This document shows positions 1 to 12,177 of a stretch of 64,000 nucleotides of DNA, piece by piece (position 1 is the stretch's first letter; each line of letters opens with the position of its first letter). This DNA is from Schmidtea polychroa (Eukaryota): contig CM097885.1 of the NCBI GenBank assembly GCA_044892525.1, forward strand, positions 199,578,001-199,642,000, given 5' to 3'. The notes beneath the pieces were generated by a model, which was not told where the DNA came from, searched no databases, and saw only the letters and a program-made list of their open reading frames with translations. The position numbers were made by a program, and so were the translations under genes.

Positions 1-923
1 ACCGACGATCTCACTCAAACCTACATTTCTATAGTTAAAAAGAAATAATGAAAACCAGCTTTCAATAATAATAATTTATAATTCACAATGAAATCGTCCT
101 TACCTACAATCTCAGAAAAATCAAAACCAAAAATTTGGCATAAGAGTAAACATTAGCATATTTTGCTTGCTTAAAAAGTGACGAAATGTGTTAGTTTATA
201 TAGCCTCTGTTTGACGTGTAAGTATACATGCGTGCATTGATGCAGTAAAACAAATTCGAATTATTTTAATTCTCGAACATTCGATTTTTAATTTTTATCG
301 ATTTTAATGGCGATTTTTCAGTAAGAATTTTTGTTTTTATTTTTGAAATTTTATTTTCGAATTATTTTTTATTAAATTTGCCTCCATGATGGATTTCAGC
401 ATTTCCAGAACATTCCATGCTAAATTTAATCTATTTCTTATTTTTAAATTGTTTTTTATGATTTCTTTTCTAAAATATTTATTTTTTAAACTAAAATATT
501 TATTTTTTATAAATTTTATTGGGTCGTTTGGCCGTCATGATGGATTTCGCCATTTTTATGAATTGTTCTGGATTTTTATTCAAAATATCGATATAATTTT
601 CTTTACGTAAGATTTTATGAAGATTTTCTTTAATTTTCTTTTTTAATTTTTACTAATTGCCTTTATTCGAATTTGTTTTTTGTTGTTTTATGTCTTTTGG
701 TTATATTTGAGTAAGTTTTCATGTAATACTTCTTGCTCGTGTTTTATTTTATTTTTAATTCAGATGTTTTATTTTTGGGTATATTATCTCTCTATTATCA
801 TTGTTTACTTGGTGTTTTATATATTTTTATTTAAGTAAACTTAATGCTGGGTATGCGTGTTGTGTACTGACACATTTCGTCCCATTCCTAACTTTGGGTC
901 TAGAAATCAGTTCTAGCCCAACA
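1..923 (+). mobile_element. LTR-like repeat ending in ...TTCTAGCCCAACA (family X, young copy; runs off the window start)
   Basis: Near-identical inverted copy at 39760-40672. Homology stops exactly at CCCAACA/TGTTGGG and the flanks differ. Internal CATGATGGATT motif twice. Confidence 0.75.
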
Positions 924-1120
924 CCAATAATTCAGAAGCAACTTTTCATCTAGAACTAGTATCGTAGTTGTTATTATATGGTTTACCCAATATATTATTA
1001 TTAGTGGTGATTTATTTGTAATAGGAAAATTTGTAGAGCCCAACCGAGTTTCCTTTAAAAATACTGTCTCGGGACAGCTGGAGTACTTGTATGTATGTAT
1101 ATGTATTAACAATAAAATAT

Positions 1121-1330
1121 AATTTATTAAAAAGAGAGCTTGAAGACTATAAATCAGTAATATATCGATGTTTTTTGATACTCACGAATTTTTGGCACTG
1201 CCTTTTCAAGTGAATATAGTCTTCAAGCTCTCGTTTTAATAAATTCAATGGAAAAAATAATCAGTGGTGAAATTGGAAAAAAGTTCTTATAATAATAAAA
1301 TATAAATGATTAAACTATAACAACTTTTAT
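1121..1330. repeat. Hairpin-ended repeat, copy 1 (31-bp inverted arms 1121-1151 and 1215-1245, plus a unique flank)
   Basis: AATTTATTAAAAAGAGAGCTTGAAGACTATA ... TATAGTCTTCAAGCTCTCGTTTTAATAAATT (1 mismatch). Flank 1240-1325 matches the reverse complement of 61160-61250. Confidence 0.8.
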
Positions 1331-2494
1331 TAATAGAAAACCTTAGACTTTAGATAAAAAAGATTGAGTTTTTCTTTCAGATTTCTTATTTTATCTCTTA
1401 TTTTCGTTCAATGGTTTTGATGATTTCAAGAAGATAATTTTTGATTTGGCTGTTTGAGGAACAGAGAATTTCAATGGTTTCCGTAAACTACACGTTAGTT
1501 AGATCTGTTAAATTAATTTCGTAATTTTCAATTTTCTAATTTGCATATTATTCTTCGTATTCTTTTTTTCTTTTTCTTCTGCAACTTCTACTAATTTTTA
1601 AAATATTTATTTTTTGAATTTTTGTAATTCTCTGTAGTAATTATTTACTATAGAGAATTATTCTATATAGTACTATTTATTTTGATAGTATTATAAACAC
1701 CATTAAAAAGATAGTATTATAAACACCATAATATTAAGAATAACTTTATATTGTTAGTCCTATTACAATTTCATATTTATTACAACAAACAAAATATAAT
1801 AAAACAGTACACTATAGTAGTCAAATCATTATTACCATCATATGGAATTCAGATTTCCGTGCACTGAACAGCGTTACAGTACATGATGCTTTTTTTTGAA
1901 TACGCTTTTGGTCGAATCAAAAGTTGGCAACCCTACCAACACAATTAAATTTTATTTTCAACAAATTAACTTCCCAATTAAAATTGTAGTTTAAATAAAT
2001 AATCATAATATGAATAAGAAATCGAACGAAATCCGCCTTAATCTAAAATTTTATTTATAAAACACTTGTGAATCTGATGAGCATTAAATGGATTATACTT
2101 TCGACGCACTTTGGTAAATTTTATCTTCCAGCACACTGGCAAGTTCATCGAATTTCCATCTCTTTTTTTACGCTATTAAACAATTAAGTATCTATCTCTT
2201 TAGTGTCACAATAACAATTTCCCAAAATATTCCCTAATAAAAATTACGATAAATTCACGTGTTCAACCGCAACTAACAGACCGTAATTGCGCCTGTCAAA
2301 CTAGGCAATTCTATTTTCTGAAAGTAATGATTAATAACAATAAAATTCTAATTAATTTGAAAATTTCGAAATTACTTTGCCTGCGACCTTATATCGATTT
2401 AAAATTGATATTCATCATTAATAATTCGCTCTGATATTTTCCCTAAAATATTAATTTTTTGAGTTCAGATTTTTAATTAATCTTTGTTTAGTAT

Positions 2495-3180
2495 TGTTGG
2501 GCTAGAACTAATATTATGCCCATGTAATTGAATTGTGACTGAGAGGCGTTGTCACACAGCAAGCATACATAACACCAATTAGAGTCAAACTCAAACCCAT
2601 CCAACACCAAATAAACACGTAAAAAGAATTCACATAACATGAAATAATAAACTCAAAAGTAAATAAAAACTCAAACACAAAACATATATACAACAGCAGT
2701 AAGCAAATTTGAATTAAATGGCGATGAGAAGGGATAGGGACGAAAATTAGAAAGATATCCACGAAAACCATTGCAAAAATAATTGAGAGATAACAAATAT
2801 AGCCGAAAAACTGGAAAATTCAGTAAAAATGGCGAAATCCATCATGGACGACAAGTGATGTTACAAGTTAACAAAAAATCAACATTCAATAATTATAAAT
2901 AACACAAAGTAAAAAGAAATAACCTAAGAATTAAAAGAAAATAAGAATTAGACACAAAAATCGACGAAAATAACAGAAAATAGTCCAAAATGTCCATATC
3001 CATCATGGCTGCAAATTAATATAAAATATAAATAAAATATAAAAATCAGAAAATAAAATTAATCATAATTCACAACAAATCATCATTAAAATGGATAAAA
3101 ATAGTAATTCGAAATTAAGCAGAATAAAAATAATTCAAATGTGTTTTACTGGATCAATGCACTAACACATACTCGGGAAA
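2495..3180 (-). mobile_element. Diverged family X LTR-like copy
   Basis: Begins TGTTGGGCTAGAACT on +. Shares the ATGGCGAAATCCATCATG and TGTTTTACTG(G/C)ATCAATGCAC blocks with 39760-40672. Right boundary approximate. Confidence 0.6.
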
Positions 3181-5356
3181 TTTAATCCAATCGTGCTAGT
3201 CTAAGCTACACTAACTCACACAAATCTAAATTTTTATTTTATACCAACTTTTGACTCGGAAAAGCAAGTACGAATTTATTTTAATTTTATTTAATTAAGT
3301 ATTTTGTCATATATTAATTACAATATAGAGTTGGGAAGAATTATCGTCTAGCTCTGTTTTCATTTCTTTTTGAATAGACGGAATTTTCGGGCCCACAGCC
3401 AATTACACTTCTAAGCTATTAAAAATAATTATAAACCAGAAGTGATGGTGGTACTGCGCCGTTTATACAGAGCAGTTGTTCCAGCCTGTTTATTAAGTTC
3501 CAAACCCACTATAGGTAGCCACCCCTAACAAGTTCCGAATTTCAATTTATATAGTTATATTTAGTACGATTATTATTAATTAGTCTTGTAATTTCATTAT
3601 CATTGAAGGATAAAGCGCGGGAAGCACAGTTAACAGTTACAAGCCCTGATCGGAAGTTGAGATGGAGTTGAGATTAGTCTTTCTATAATTTTTACGACTA
3701 AACTTATTTGGAAATTTCTTTAATGAATCTTAATTAATGTTAAACTTGAATTACAAATTAACTTGAATAAAGAACTTACCATGGCATGGAAGGCATAGAA
3801 AGGACAATCATGCCGTTTCAATCAACTTTTATCGGCGGGGGAAGTAATAGTAACCTAAGCATCGAGCCAGGAACCAGTAATTACCTTCACTGACAAAGTG
3901 GTTTCATACGGCAAATAAAATTTTCTTTCTTCTATCTAAATAACATGTCTCTAAAAACCTAAAACTTATAAAAAGAAAAATATTTAATGAAATACATTTA
4001 TCCATCACTTGGATAATATAAATACAATTTAATAAATTAATTACATAAAAAACAAATCTAAAAAAAGACCTAAACTTAAGAATAATAATAAGTGAAATTA
4101 GGTACAATTAGGTTAAGGTAACCAACTATTTTTTGTTCAAAAAGAGTACACTTTGCAAGTATTTCATAGGTGAAAAAAATGAAGAAAAAACGATAAAAAC
4201 TTTATTTTCTTAATTTAAGTGTAATTTAAATTACTTATAAGAATATGGAATTAATTTAAAATTTAACCTAATCTAATTTTAGAAAGAGTTAAATAAAGTA
4301 AAGTATTTGTGTAATATAGATTTAAAAATTATTAACTAGGGTTAAAGGGTAGAAATAAATATAGCAATAGATATTTTGAAGCATATAGTTAAGAATAGTT
4401 AAATATCGAATGAATTTACCAAACGGATCGACAGTGGGGCAGTTATAATGATGGGTAATGCGGTAAAATAATTGAATGTGTAAGGATGATTAGCCAACCC
4501 TAGGAACCCCAGCATGATTGCGGAGTATATGTGAGGCTAAATGTCATTCACTTTATAACTTATTACAGAAAATGCAGGAGTGAAATTCATACGATAAGAT
4601 GCCAGGTTAATCTGAGGCCAGCACTTCCACGGCGGGTGGTATCGGGTGTCAAAGCTCGAGTGAAGGAGCGAACCAAGATCAACAGAACCAGCCCGGATCC
4701 GACACATCACTGTTTCACATAAGGATTGGACCCGAACAAAATTCCACACCTGAAATAGTGGATACCAAATCATACGCGGAAATGAAATTAGAGAAAGCTC
4801 GGGATCGGAGCCACCCCCAGTGGACAGTTGTTCAATGGTTGTGCTCAAGCGGGAACAACCTTAAACCCGGCCAGACTCGCACAAGCTAAGGTCGTCAATG
4901 ATATCAAGTCTACGGCGAGTTGAATAAGACATTGAGGAGGGGCTATTTGAGGACACGGATGTGGAGTATCTCTTACGACGATGCCTGGCAAAGAGATCTT
5001 GTGGAGCTACAACTCCGGCCGCCGTGTCGTGGACCTATGAGGAGCCCCTCGCAAGTGTGAACGATGACGTAATTGGAAGAGTGGACATTATATGCTATGA
5101 TGGCCGGCTCGATGTATGACAGTTGACTGCATTTAGTGACAACTTATTAAGTATTAAATCAATAAAAATTATGATTAGGTGTTGTTTAATTAGATTTCGA
5201 AATAAAGGGAAATGAAAAAATAAGGCAGTTTTTAAAATGATGAATGTCTAGACGGAAAATTCAATGAAGAAGAACAAACGAAAATGTGAAAAGAAATAAT
5301 TTTGCACACATAAACACACACAATAAATAGATATTTATATCAAAAAAAATGATGAA

Positions 5357-5915
5357 ATTGTAATGGTTCTAGAATAAAATGGTAGAGGACATAATGGTAT
5401 TGGACAAATTGGTACGGACAAAATGGTACTAGGATTAAATGGTATAGATTAACTTTGTTTAAATAGAATAATAAGTTTAATTTTTTTACAAATGCATTTA
5501 ATTAATTATTGTCCAAATAAGTAAGTTGTTTTTATTTAGTATAAATCTCTGGCTCTTTCCGTCTTTCATTTTATAATAATAAAAGCAATCGAAAAATCTA
5601 GAAAATATATAAATTATAATGAATAAATAAATTTTAAAAAAACTAGTGTCAAACATCTAAGACTATAGGCCAACTCAGTTACAATGTTTCGTTTATACTT
5701 AAACAGTAAACACTTTTGCAATAGTGTCTGTCAGGCAAAATTTATATTGAGCACGCGCGCAATATCTCCCAAATATGTAACCGGATCTCGGTTGTTATAA
5801 TCGACTATCATGATGTGAAGTGCTTCATTGATGCGAATATATTTTCTCCGTTCCTTTTTGTCCGTACCAATTTTCCAATACCATTATGTCCTCTACCGTT
5901 TTGTCCCGCCACCAT
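5357..5915. mobile_element. Foldback/MITE-like element with about 45-bp inverted repeats built from GGACAAAATGGTA-like units
   Basis: 5376-5421 AAAATGGTAGAGGACATAATGGTATTGGACAAATTGGTACGGACA is the inverse of about 5858-5902. Outer ends and TSD not resolved. Confidence 0.6.
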
Positions 5916-6448
5916 TGTAATGAATGTTTATTCTTATTTTGTAAGTAAACATAGATTAAACTAAAACGTACTTATTTCTGGAAACATTTATTGGAATTTT
6001 GAAATCACCAAAAAAGAGTAATTTTACGCACAGAAAATTTTGCAATCACATTTATGGCGAGTAAGAATTGAAATGCTGCAAACTAAACCCCCTATGTCAA
6101 ATTTTTCACAGTCTATCTTTTGTGACGTGCAATACTGATGAAGTTTCTAATTTTAATTTTATTTCTACAAGTTATCATTTTGAAAAGTTTGCACGTAACA
6201 TGCACAAAGTAATAAATCAGGAAACAATATATAGTAAAAATATTTGAATCGAACAACTATATCAAATAATTGACTATGAAACAGTACTGATTAATAGTTA
6301 TTTTTTTTAATAAATACAATGTCAATGAAAAAGAAATAAGAAGTGAAAATTGAAAAAGGTTCTTATAATATATCAAATAAAACTATAAATTATAGTCTAT
6401 AATGTGCTTTTATCATCATTGCATAATAAATCCAGTGAAAGTCAGGAC

Positions 6449-6687
6449 CAGGGGTGGGGAACCTGCGGCCTCCGGAGCCTTATCATAATAAATCCTAATT
6501 TATATAAAAAACCATGAATTTTAAGGATTTACAAATAAAAATGCTTATAACTACTGAATTGTATATATACCGTACTGTAAAAGCATCCCGCCGAGTACAA
6601 AGAACGAAATACTTTTTGACTCCGGTCTCATTTGAAGGCGACAAATTTCAATGTGGCCTATGGAAATAAAAAGTTTCCCCACCCGTG
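6449..6687. mobile_element. hAT (Charlie/Buster-type) MITE, 239 bp
   Basis: TIR CAGGGGTGGGGAAC / GTTTCCCCACCCGTG. 8-bp TSD GTCAGGAC/GTCAAGAC (7/8). Confidence 0.85.
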
Positions 6688-7282
6688 GTCAAGACTGATA
6701 AAAGTACTTCAAACAAAGTCATAATATTTAATTATCGAAGGTTTTAAAGCGGATGAAGGGTAAATAATACAGTAAAAGAATATATATATAGCAAATTGAA
6801 TAGTTACGTCAAGAAATGCTTATATCAATTATAGAGAAAATAAATAGATGGTATAAAGGGGCTAAATACTAAGTTATCTAAATCGAAATTGTTGAATGAA
6901 AAGTCAGCTTTAGGAATTAAAAAGCTGGGTGCAGAGTTGAATAGTTACTAGGATTAAGGAGAAATAGTGCCGAATGTCTTTCGACTAGGAACTGTTTCAA
7001 CTTCGTGCCACCAGTCAAAGTTCGATTCCCGTCTTAGAGAAATAAAAGTACAAGACCAACCAAATTCATAGAATATGCCGAAGGCATAGGAAGGAGGCTC
7101 AAATCATTGTTTAGGCTAAGAAGATGATGAGCAAGGTATTGGCAGGTCTAAATAGGAGTTCCTCTTTGGCTGAAAGCACCCATATGAATCATTTCCAAAG
7201 TTGAGAGCCATTCATATATTATTTAGAAGCTCATTAGGTAGCAAAATATAATATATAGAAGATTCTCTCGCTACATATTAAT

Positions 7283-10200
7283 TAGGGTTGTTAAACGAAA
7301 ATCGGAAATCCGATTTTCGATTTTGAAAACGATTATCGGTTTCTTTATTTCACAAAACGATAATCGGTTTTGTTTGTCTTTTACATATTATACAGATAAA
7401 TTGAATGCAGGGAATTTAATTTTGTTCATTGTTTACTACTGTATCCATTCAATTTTACCGACAGAAAGGGGCAGTTTTTTTCAACTCGTCAAAACTCCTT
7501 ACAACGTGTTTGTACATGAGTCAATCTTTTCAATTATCCCATTCCTGTAACAACGGCAAGAGGTTGCTCTAGTATTCCAACATATCTCACCGACTGACCA
7601 GTTATTTGTCAGTTGATGTCCGTAATCGGCAACCGCTGATTTGTTTTATACAGCCCCTGACAGGTACTGTGCCCATTAAATCTTTTAATCGGGACCAGCT
7701 GAGGCCAAGGTTGTGGTTGTGTGTTTTAGTATTTGCATTTTGCCGGTTCTGTTTGGCAACCTGATATTTGTTGCCGAAATCGGCCACCAAAGATTTGATT
7801 ACTGCAGTCCATAACAGAAGCTTAGCTATTAACCCCCTTGACAGGGACTAGATGTGGCCGAGGTCGGCGATTTTGTGTTTAGTCCGTGAAGGTCTATTTT
7901 GCAATCTGATATCTTGCATCTGCGAACCGGTTAAAAGTTTATTCTGGTTTTAACTTAAAACCAGAATAAACTGAATTGCATACCGCATCATCTTCATGAA
8001 AGCCAGATGTAAAGAGATCGAAAGACATGTGCTATTCCTCGAATCATAATGTTTGGTTGTTTACCCATTGAAATATGGAAGAGAGTTGGACACTAGGACA
8101 AACTTCAAGTTTGGGTGACGACCATTCTCAAATTTATTCAGTTTGTTGATCTTTTGACAATGTCTAAGAGGCTACTCAGGTCGAAGTAAATTGATTTTCG
8201 GGATTTTAATTTGTGACAAGATTTTGGAAAGTCCAATCCATGGTTCAAATCTACTATAAACATATAAACTGTTATATAATTTCCATTCATTCAGTTAGTT
8301 GCTCTTGTAGTAGCTGTTATTAATCCATATAATTGAAAATTGCGGTTTAGTTTGAATATTACGTAATATTCAATAAACATTTTTTATATTATCTAAATCA
8401 ATACAAAATCAGGTTAAATTTATGGGTTTCCGTATAAATAAGTCTGACGTCTGGGACAATTTTGATAAAATTTTGGCGACGATGGCACAATGTAAGCTCT
8501 GTGCACAGCAAATAAGTAGGAGTGGAGGTACTACGACTGGTTTGCATGCACATTTGCGTAGCAAACATGATGGATTAACAACATCTTCAAATACTCAAAC
8601 ACGATTGACTGCATTGATTACAACACAAAGAAATTGTCCGAGTAGTAAACAGGAAAAAATTACGGCTGCTGTTGCGAGATTGATTTCCGAAAATATGTTG
8701 GCAATTTCGCTCGTGGAATCGAAATCCTTCCGTGAATTGATGGCGATAGTGGAGCCAGGATATCGTCCTCCGTGTCGTCAGACGATGACAGCACGACTAA
8801 CAGCAATGAAAAATAATTTAGTGGTCAAAATGTCGAGATATATCCATAAAAATGTCAAGGACATTGCGATCACTACCGACATCTGGACTAGTGTCACCAA
8901 TGAAGCTTATCTCAGTTTTACTGCAAGCTACATTGATACAGACTGGAATATGATGACGCCTGTTCTTGGAACAATTCTGATGACTCAACGCCACACACAA
9001 GCCGTCATTGCTGACCATCTATGTAGTATAGCTGATGAATGGTCAATAAAAGAAAAAATTGTTGCATGTGTCCATGATGGTGCATCCAACATCAATCATG
9101 CAGGCAATCTCAATGGATGGTTTGACGTTCACTGTGCGGCGCATAAATTGCAACTTTGCATCAATAATGCAATGGGCTTCCATGTTGTCACGGATCATCA
9201 AATTTCCAAATGTATATCAGCTGCAGCACGACTAGTCGGACATTTCTCACATAGCCCAATGGCAACGGGGGAGCTCCTGAACAGACAGTTGTCCATGGAC
9301 AAGGATAAAACGCCACTAAAACTTATTCAGCACTGTAAGACTCGTTGGAACAGCGTCTATGACATGTTTGAACGACTAGTAGAACTGAGATGGCCAGTAG
9401 TTGCAGTATTGAGCGACAAAAACGTGGTGAAATTGAACGATGCCAAAACGTTGGGCATGAAGGACGATTATTGGCAACTGATGACTGAATTGCTCCCTGT
9501 TTTAAAAGCGTTGCAGATCGTGACGTCCGTCATGTCAGCCGAAAGCCAGCCATCAGCCTCTTGTGTTTTTCCCATGTTATGGGGACTCGTGAAAAATCAT
9601 TTAACCATTAAAGAAGAAGATTCTGACATTATGGGTGAATTTAAGAGAGATCTTGCTAAGAATATTTCACGTCGTTTTGGATTAGAAAATAATGAAACAG
9701 CAAAAAACGAATGCGTTGTTGCATCAATTCTCGATCCGATGTATAAGCATCTTCCTGGATTTCCGGACGATTTCAAAAAGCTGGCGTATGAAAATGTTTG
9801 TCATCTCATCAGACAGCTGCCAGATTGCCCCGAACAGCCGAAGACGAGTCGGGATGAAGATAACGTGATCCCACCAACTAAAAGATCACGACCAAATCAT
9901 GATGCAGTTATGTTTCTCCTTGGTGATAGTGCAGCACAACAGGCGCCAGAGGAATCCGACTTTGAATATTACGTCCAATCATCATGGTCGACAAACTCAA
10001 GTGAAACAGCCCTGGAGTGGTGGAAACATAATATGAAACTTTTCCCCAAAACAGCTATTCTTGCCCGGAAGTTCTTATGCATTCCTGCAACCTCAGTGCA
10101 ATCAGAACGATTATTTTCGGCCACTGGACGTCTGATAACCAAGCTTCGTAACCGGCTCCTTCCAGATCATGCAGAATCTTTGGTCTTTTTGAATATGAAC

Positions 10201-10622
10201 CAGGACTTGTCTGATATTTAAAAATAAAATCGAATTTAGTACTTACTTTTAAATGTTTACACTTTGGAATCTTTGTTTTTGATATCTATGGTTTCGATAT
10301 GTTTATGTTTAATTTTAAAATAAGGCCGCCGCAGCACCGGAAAGTTTTATTTTGATTTATACTTTAGTATATACAGGGAAAATTACCGAAGAAATTGAAA
10401 ACAAATTTACTTATATGCTTTAACTTTTTACATAAACAGTCAGTTCATATTCTCCTTGTGTGTGGTATAAACTTTGAATAAAACTAATTATACTATACAC
10501 GTGCGTGAATAGTAATAATGTAAGTAGCTTTGGTTATGCAAAGTGCAAACGATAATCGGTTTAAAATCGGATTTATACAAACGATAATCGGATTGCTCGA
10601 AAAACCGATATTAACAACCCTA
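7283..10622 (+). mobile_element. Full-length hAT DNA transposon, 3340 bp
   Basis: 12-bp TIR TAGGGTTGTTAA/TTAACAACCCTA. Perfect 8-bp TSD ATATTAAT. Subterminal CGATAATCGG repeats at both ends. Intact transposase. Confidence 0.96.
8422..10221 (+). CDS. hAT transposase (BED zinc finger, DDE core, C-terminal dimerisation domain), 599 aa
   Basis: BED finger VWDNF..CKLC..H.RSKH. Catalytic TTDIWTS, HDGASN and SERLFS. CAAH and TRWNS motifs. WWK...FP in the C-terminus. Confidence 0.95.
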   Translation: MGFRINKSDVWDNFDKILATMAQCKLCAQQISRSGGTTTGLHAHLRSKHDGLTTSSNTQTRLTALITTQRNCPSSKQEKITAAVARLISENMLAISLVESKSFRELMAIVEPGYRPPCRQTMTARLTAMKNNLVVKMSRYIHKNVKDIAITTDIWTSVTNEAYLSFTASYIDTDWNMMTPVLGTILMTQRHTQAVIADHLCSIADEWSIKEKIVACVHDGASNINHAGNLNGWFDVHCAAHKLQLCINNAMGFHVVTDHQISKCISAAARLVGHFSHSPMATGELLNRQLSMDKDKTPLKLIQHCKTRWNSVYDMFERLVELRWPVVAVLSDKNVVKLNDAKTLGMKDDYWQLMTELLPVLKALQIVTSVMSAESQPSASCVFPMLWGLVKNHLTIKEEDSDIMGEFKRDLAKNISRRFGLENNETAKNECVVASILDPMYKHLPGFPDDFKKLAYENVCHLIRQLPDCPEQPKTSRDEDNVIPPTKRSRPNHDAVMFLLGDSAAQQAPEESDFEYYVQSSWSTNSSETALEWWKHNMKLFPKTAILARKFLCIPATSVQSERLFSATGRLITKLRNRLLPDHAESLVFLNMNQDLSDI

Positions 10623-11082
10623 ATATTAATATAACAGAGTTATTACTGTAACAAAATAAAATTAATCATTATATCATTTTAATTTTTGTGTATATACCCA
10701 TTGTTAGAACACCCCCCATCCCCGCACACAAATCATCCGCTCGGGACTAACTTCATTCCTTGAGTATATTGGTCAAGGATAAAGTCATATGCGATTTGAT
10801 CCAAGCTTTCATTCCCAGTTTTAAAATAGCGAAATAAAAATTACATCATTAGTCAATTGTTGAATTGCTATTAAAAAACAAACCATCAGAAATATCCCAA
10901 GTCAAAACAGTTGCACTATGATAAAATATTATTACGTCTTTCTATGATTCAATTACTAAGTCACTTTAAATGACATTTGTATGATTATGTAGCTTTTTGG
11001 GGAGTCACACCAAATATCAGGAACCTTCGTATAAGAATAAAAAAAGAGAAAATGACAATTTTGAAAATATTTTATTTTAAAA

Positions 11083-12177
11083 TCAGAAAGTTTTATTTCC
11101 TAATCTTTCTGGATCCTGTGATGGATATAGGTTACCATTTGTTAGTGGATTTGTAATTTTTTTCGGCTGAGGTAAAGGAGGCAACAATTTAGGTTTTTGT
11201 GCACTTTTAATTGGAAGTAACTTTTGAACATCTACTTCTTTTTCATCGGAGATACTGAATTCACACCATTTGACTTTAACAGAATTTCCCAATTGGTGCC
11301 ATTCATATATCAGTTCAGCTACCTTTTCAGCTGATTCCCTTAACGCAAATTGAACAGACCACCGGCATCCTTCATATTGTCTAGCACTTCGAACTTCACC
11401 AAATTGATAAAAATAGTTTTTCACATCTTTCTCTTGATAGTGTTCCGGGAGACCAAACACATCAATTGTCGTTATATGTTTATCTTCTGGATGAACTAAT
11501 TTCGGTAGACTCTCATATTTCTCTATTATTTTCTGGGCAATATTGTCATCTATTCCGTAATATCGATCTTTAATGTGTTGCTCATTTACTGGATCATATA
11601 TTTCTATTGGTTTTTCGTGTCTATACGGACACTCTTCACCTCTTTTACATTCTCCTTTCATATAAAAAGTACATATATTCGGTTTATTTCGTGAATACGG
11701 TTCTGCTTGAGCTATTTTCGATAACATACGAATTGTATTATTGGTCATTTTCCCAGGAGTAGAGAAATCTTTGTAAGGTGCATTGATACCTCCATTTAAT
11801 TCTGATTCCCGTTCAATCATTTGTTGGTTATATTCCAAATTAACAGAAGAAGTTGGCAAAATTTGTTCAACATTAAGGAATTTATCTCGAACTTGAACAG
11901 GAAGTCCGTGTTCAAGATCCATTATACAAGATTGACAAACATGCTTGGTCCGTGTACATACTTGACATATTTCAGTTGATCTAAATTTTCCTTCTTTATC
12001 ACACTGCCAACGAAAAACAGTAAACGGGCGCAAGCAAACTCCACATTCTTTACCAAATCTTTCTTTACTCATTCTTAAAAAAGGATTTTCTCCGAAGCAT
12101 GTTTCACAAACGATTGGAAAATCTGATTCTTCCCAATTTAATTTATTATATTGACTGGCACCTTTACTAGTTGTCAT
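11083..12177 (-). CDS. RBM22: Pre-mRNA splicing factor RBM22 (Cwc2/Slt11), paralog 1, intronless
   Basis: NWEESDFPIVCETCFGENPFLRM N-terminus, DLEHGLPVQVRD, CCCH finger CTFYMKGECKRGEECPYRHE, RRM, C-terminal YPSQDPERLG. Confidence 0.95.
   Translation of the reverse strand: MTTSKGASQYNKLNWEESDFPIVCETCFGENPFLRMSKERFGKECGVCLRPFTVFRWQCDKEGKFRSTEICQVCTRTKHVCQSCIMDLEHGLPVQVRDKFLNVEQILPTSSVNLEYNQQMIERESELNGGINAPYKDFSTPGKMTNNTIRMLSKIAQAEPYSRNKPNICTFYMKGECKRGEECPYRHEKPIEIYDPVNEQHIKDRYYGIDDNIAQKIIEKYESLPKLVHPEDKHITTIDVFGLPEHYQEKDVKNYFYQFGEVRSARQYEGCRWSVQFALRESAEKVAELIYEWHQLGNSVKVKWCEFSISDEKEVDVQKLLPIKSAQKPKLLPPLPQPKKITNPLTNGNLYPSQDPERLGNKTF

Noticed and set aside
386-610. 74-aa ORF duplicated at 40056-40280
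   Set aside because: Low-complexity F/L/I-rich frame inside an AT-rich repeat; duplication is explained by the repeat.
1850-1940. DFRALNSVTVHDA (Gypsy RT motif) followed by GTTGGCAACCCTA (TIR-like)
   Set aside because: Only about 40 bp of RT and a single TIR-like end; too small to call.
2050-2180. Minus-strand peptide ELASVLEDKIYQSAS with faint KIX-like look
   Set aside because: Short, no splice context or further similarity.
7000-7035. GTTCGATTCCC tRNA T-loop/B-box-like motif
   Set aside because: No cloverleaf or A-box could be built.
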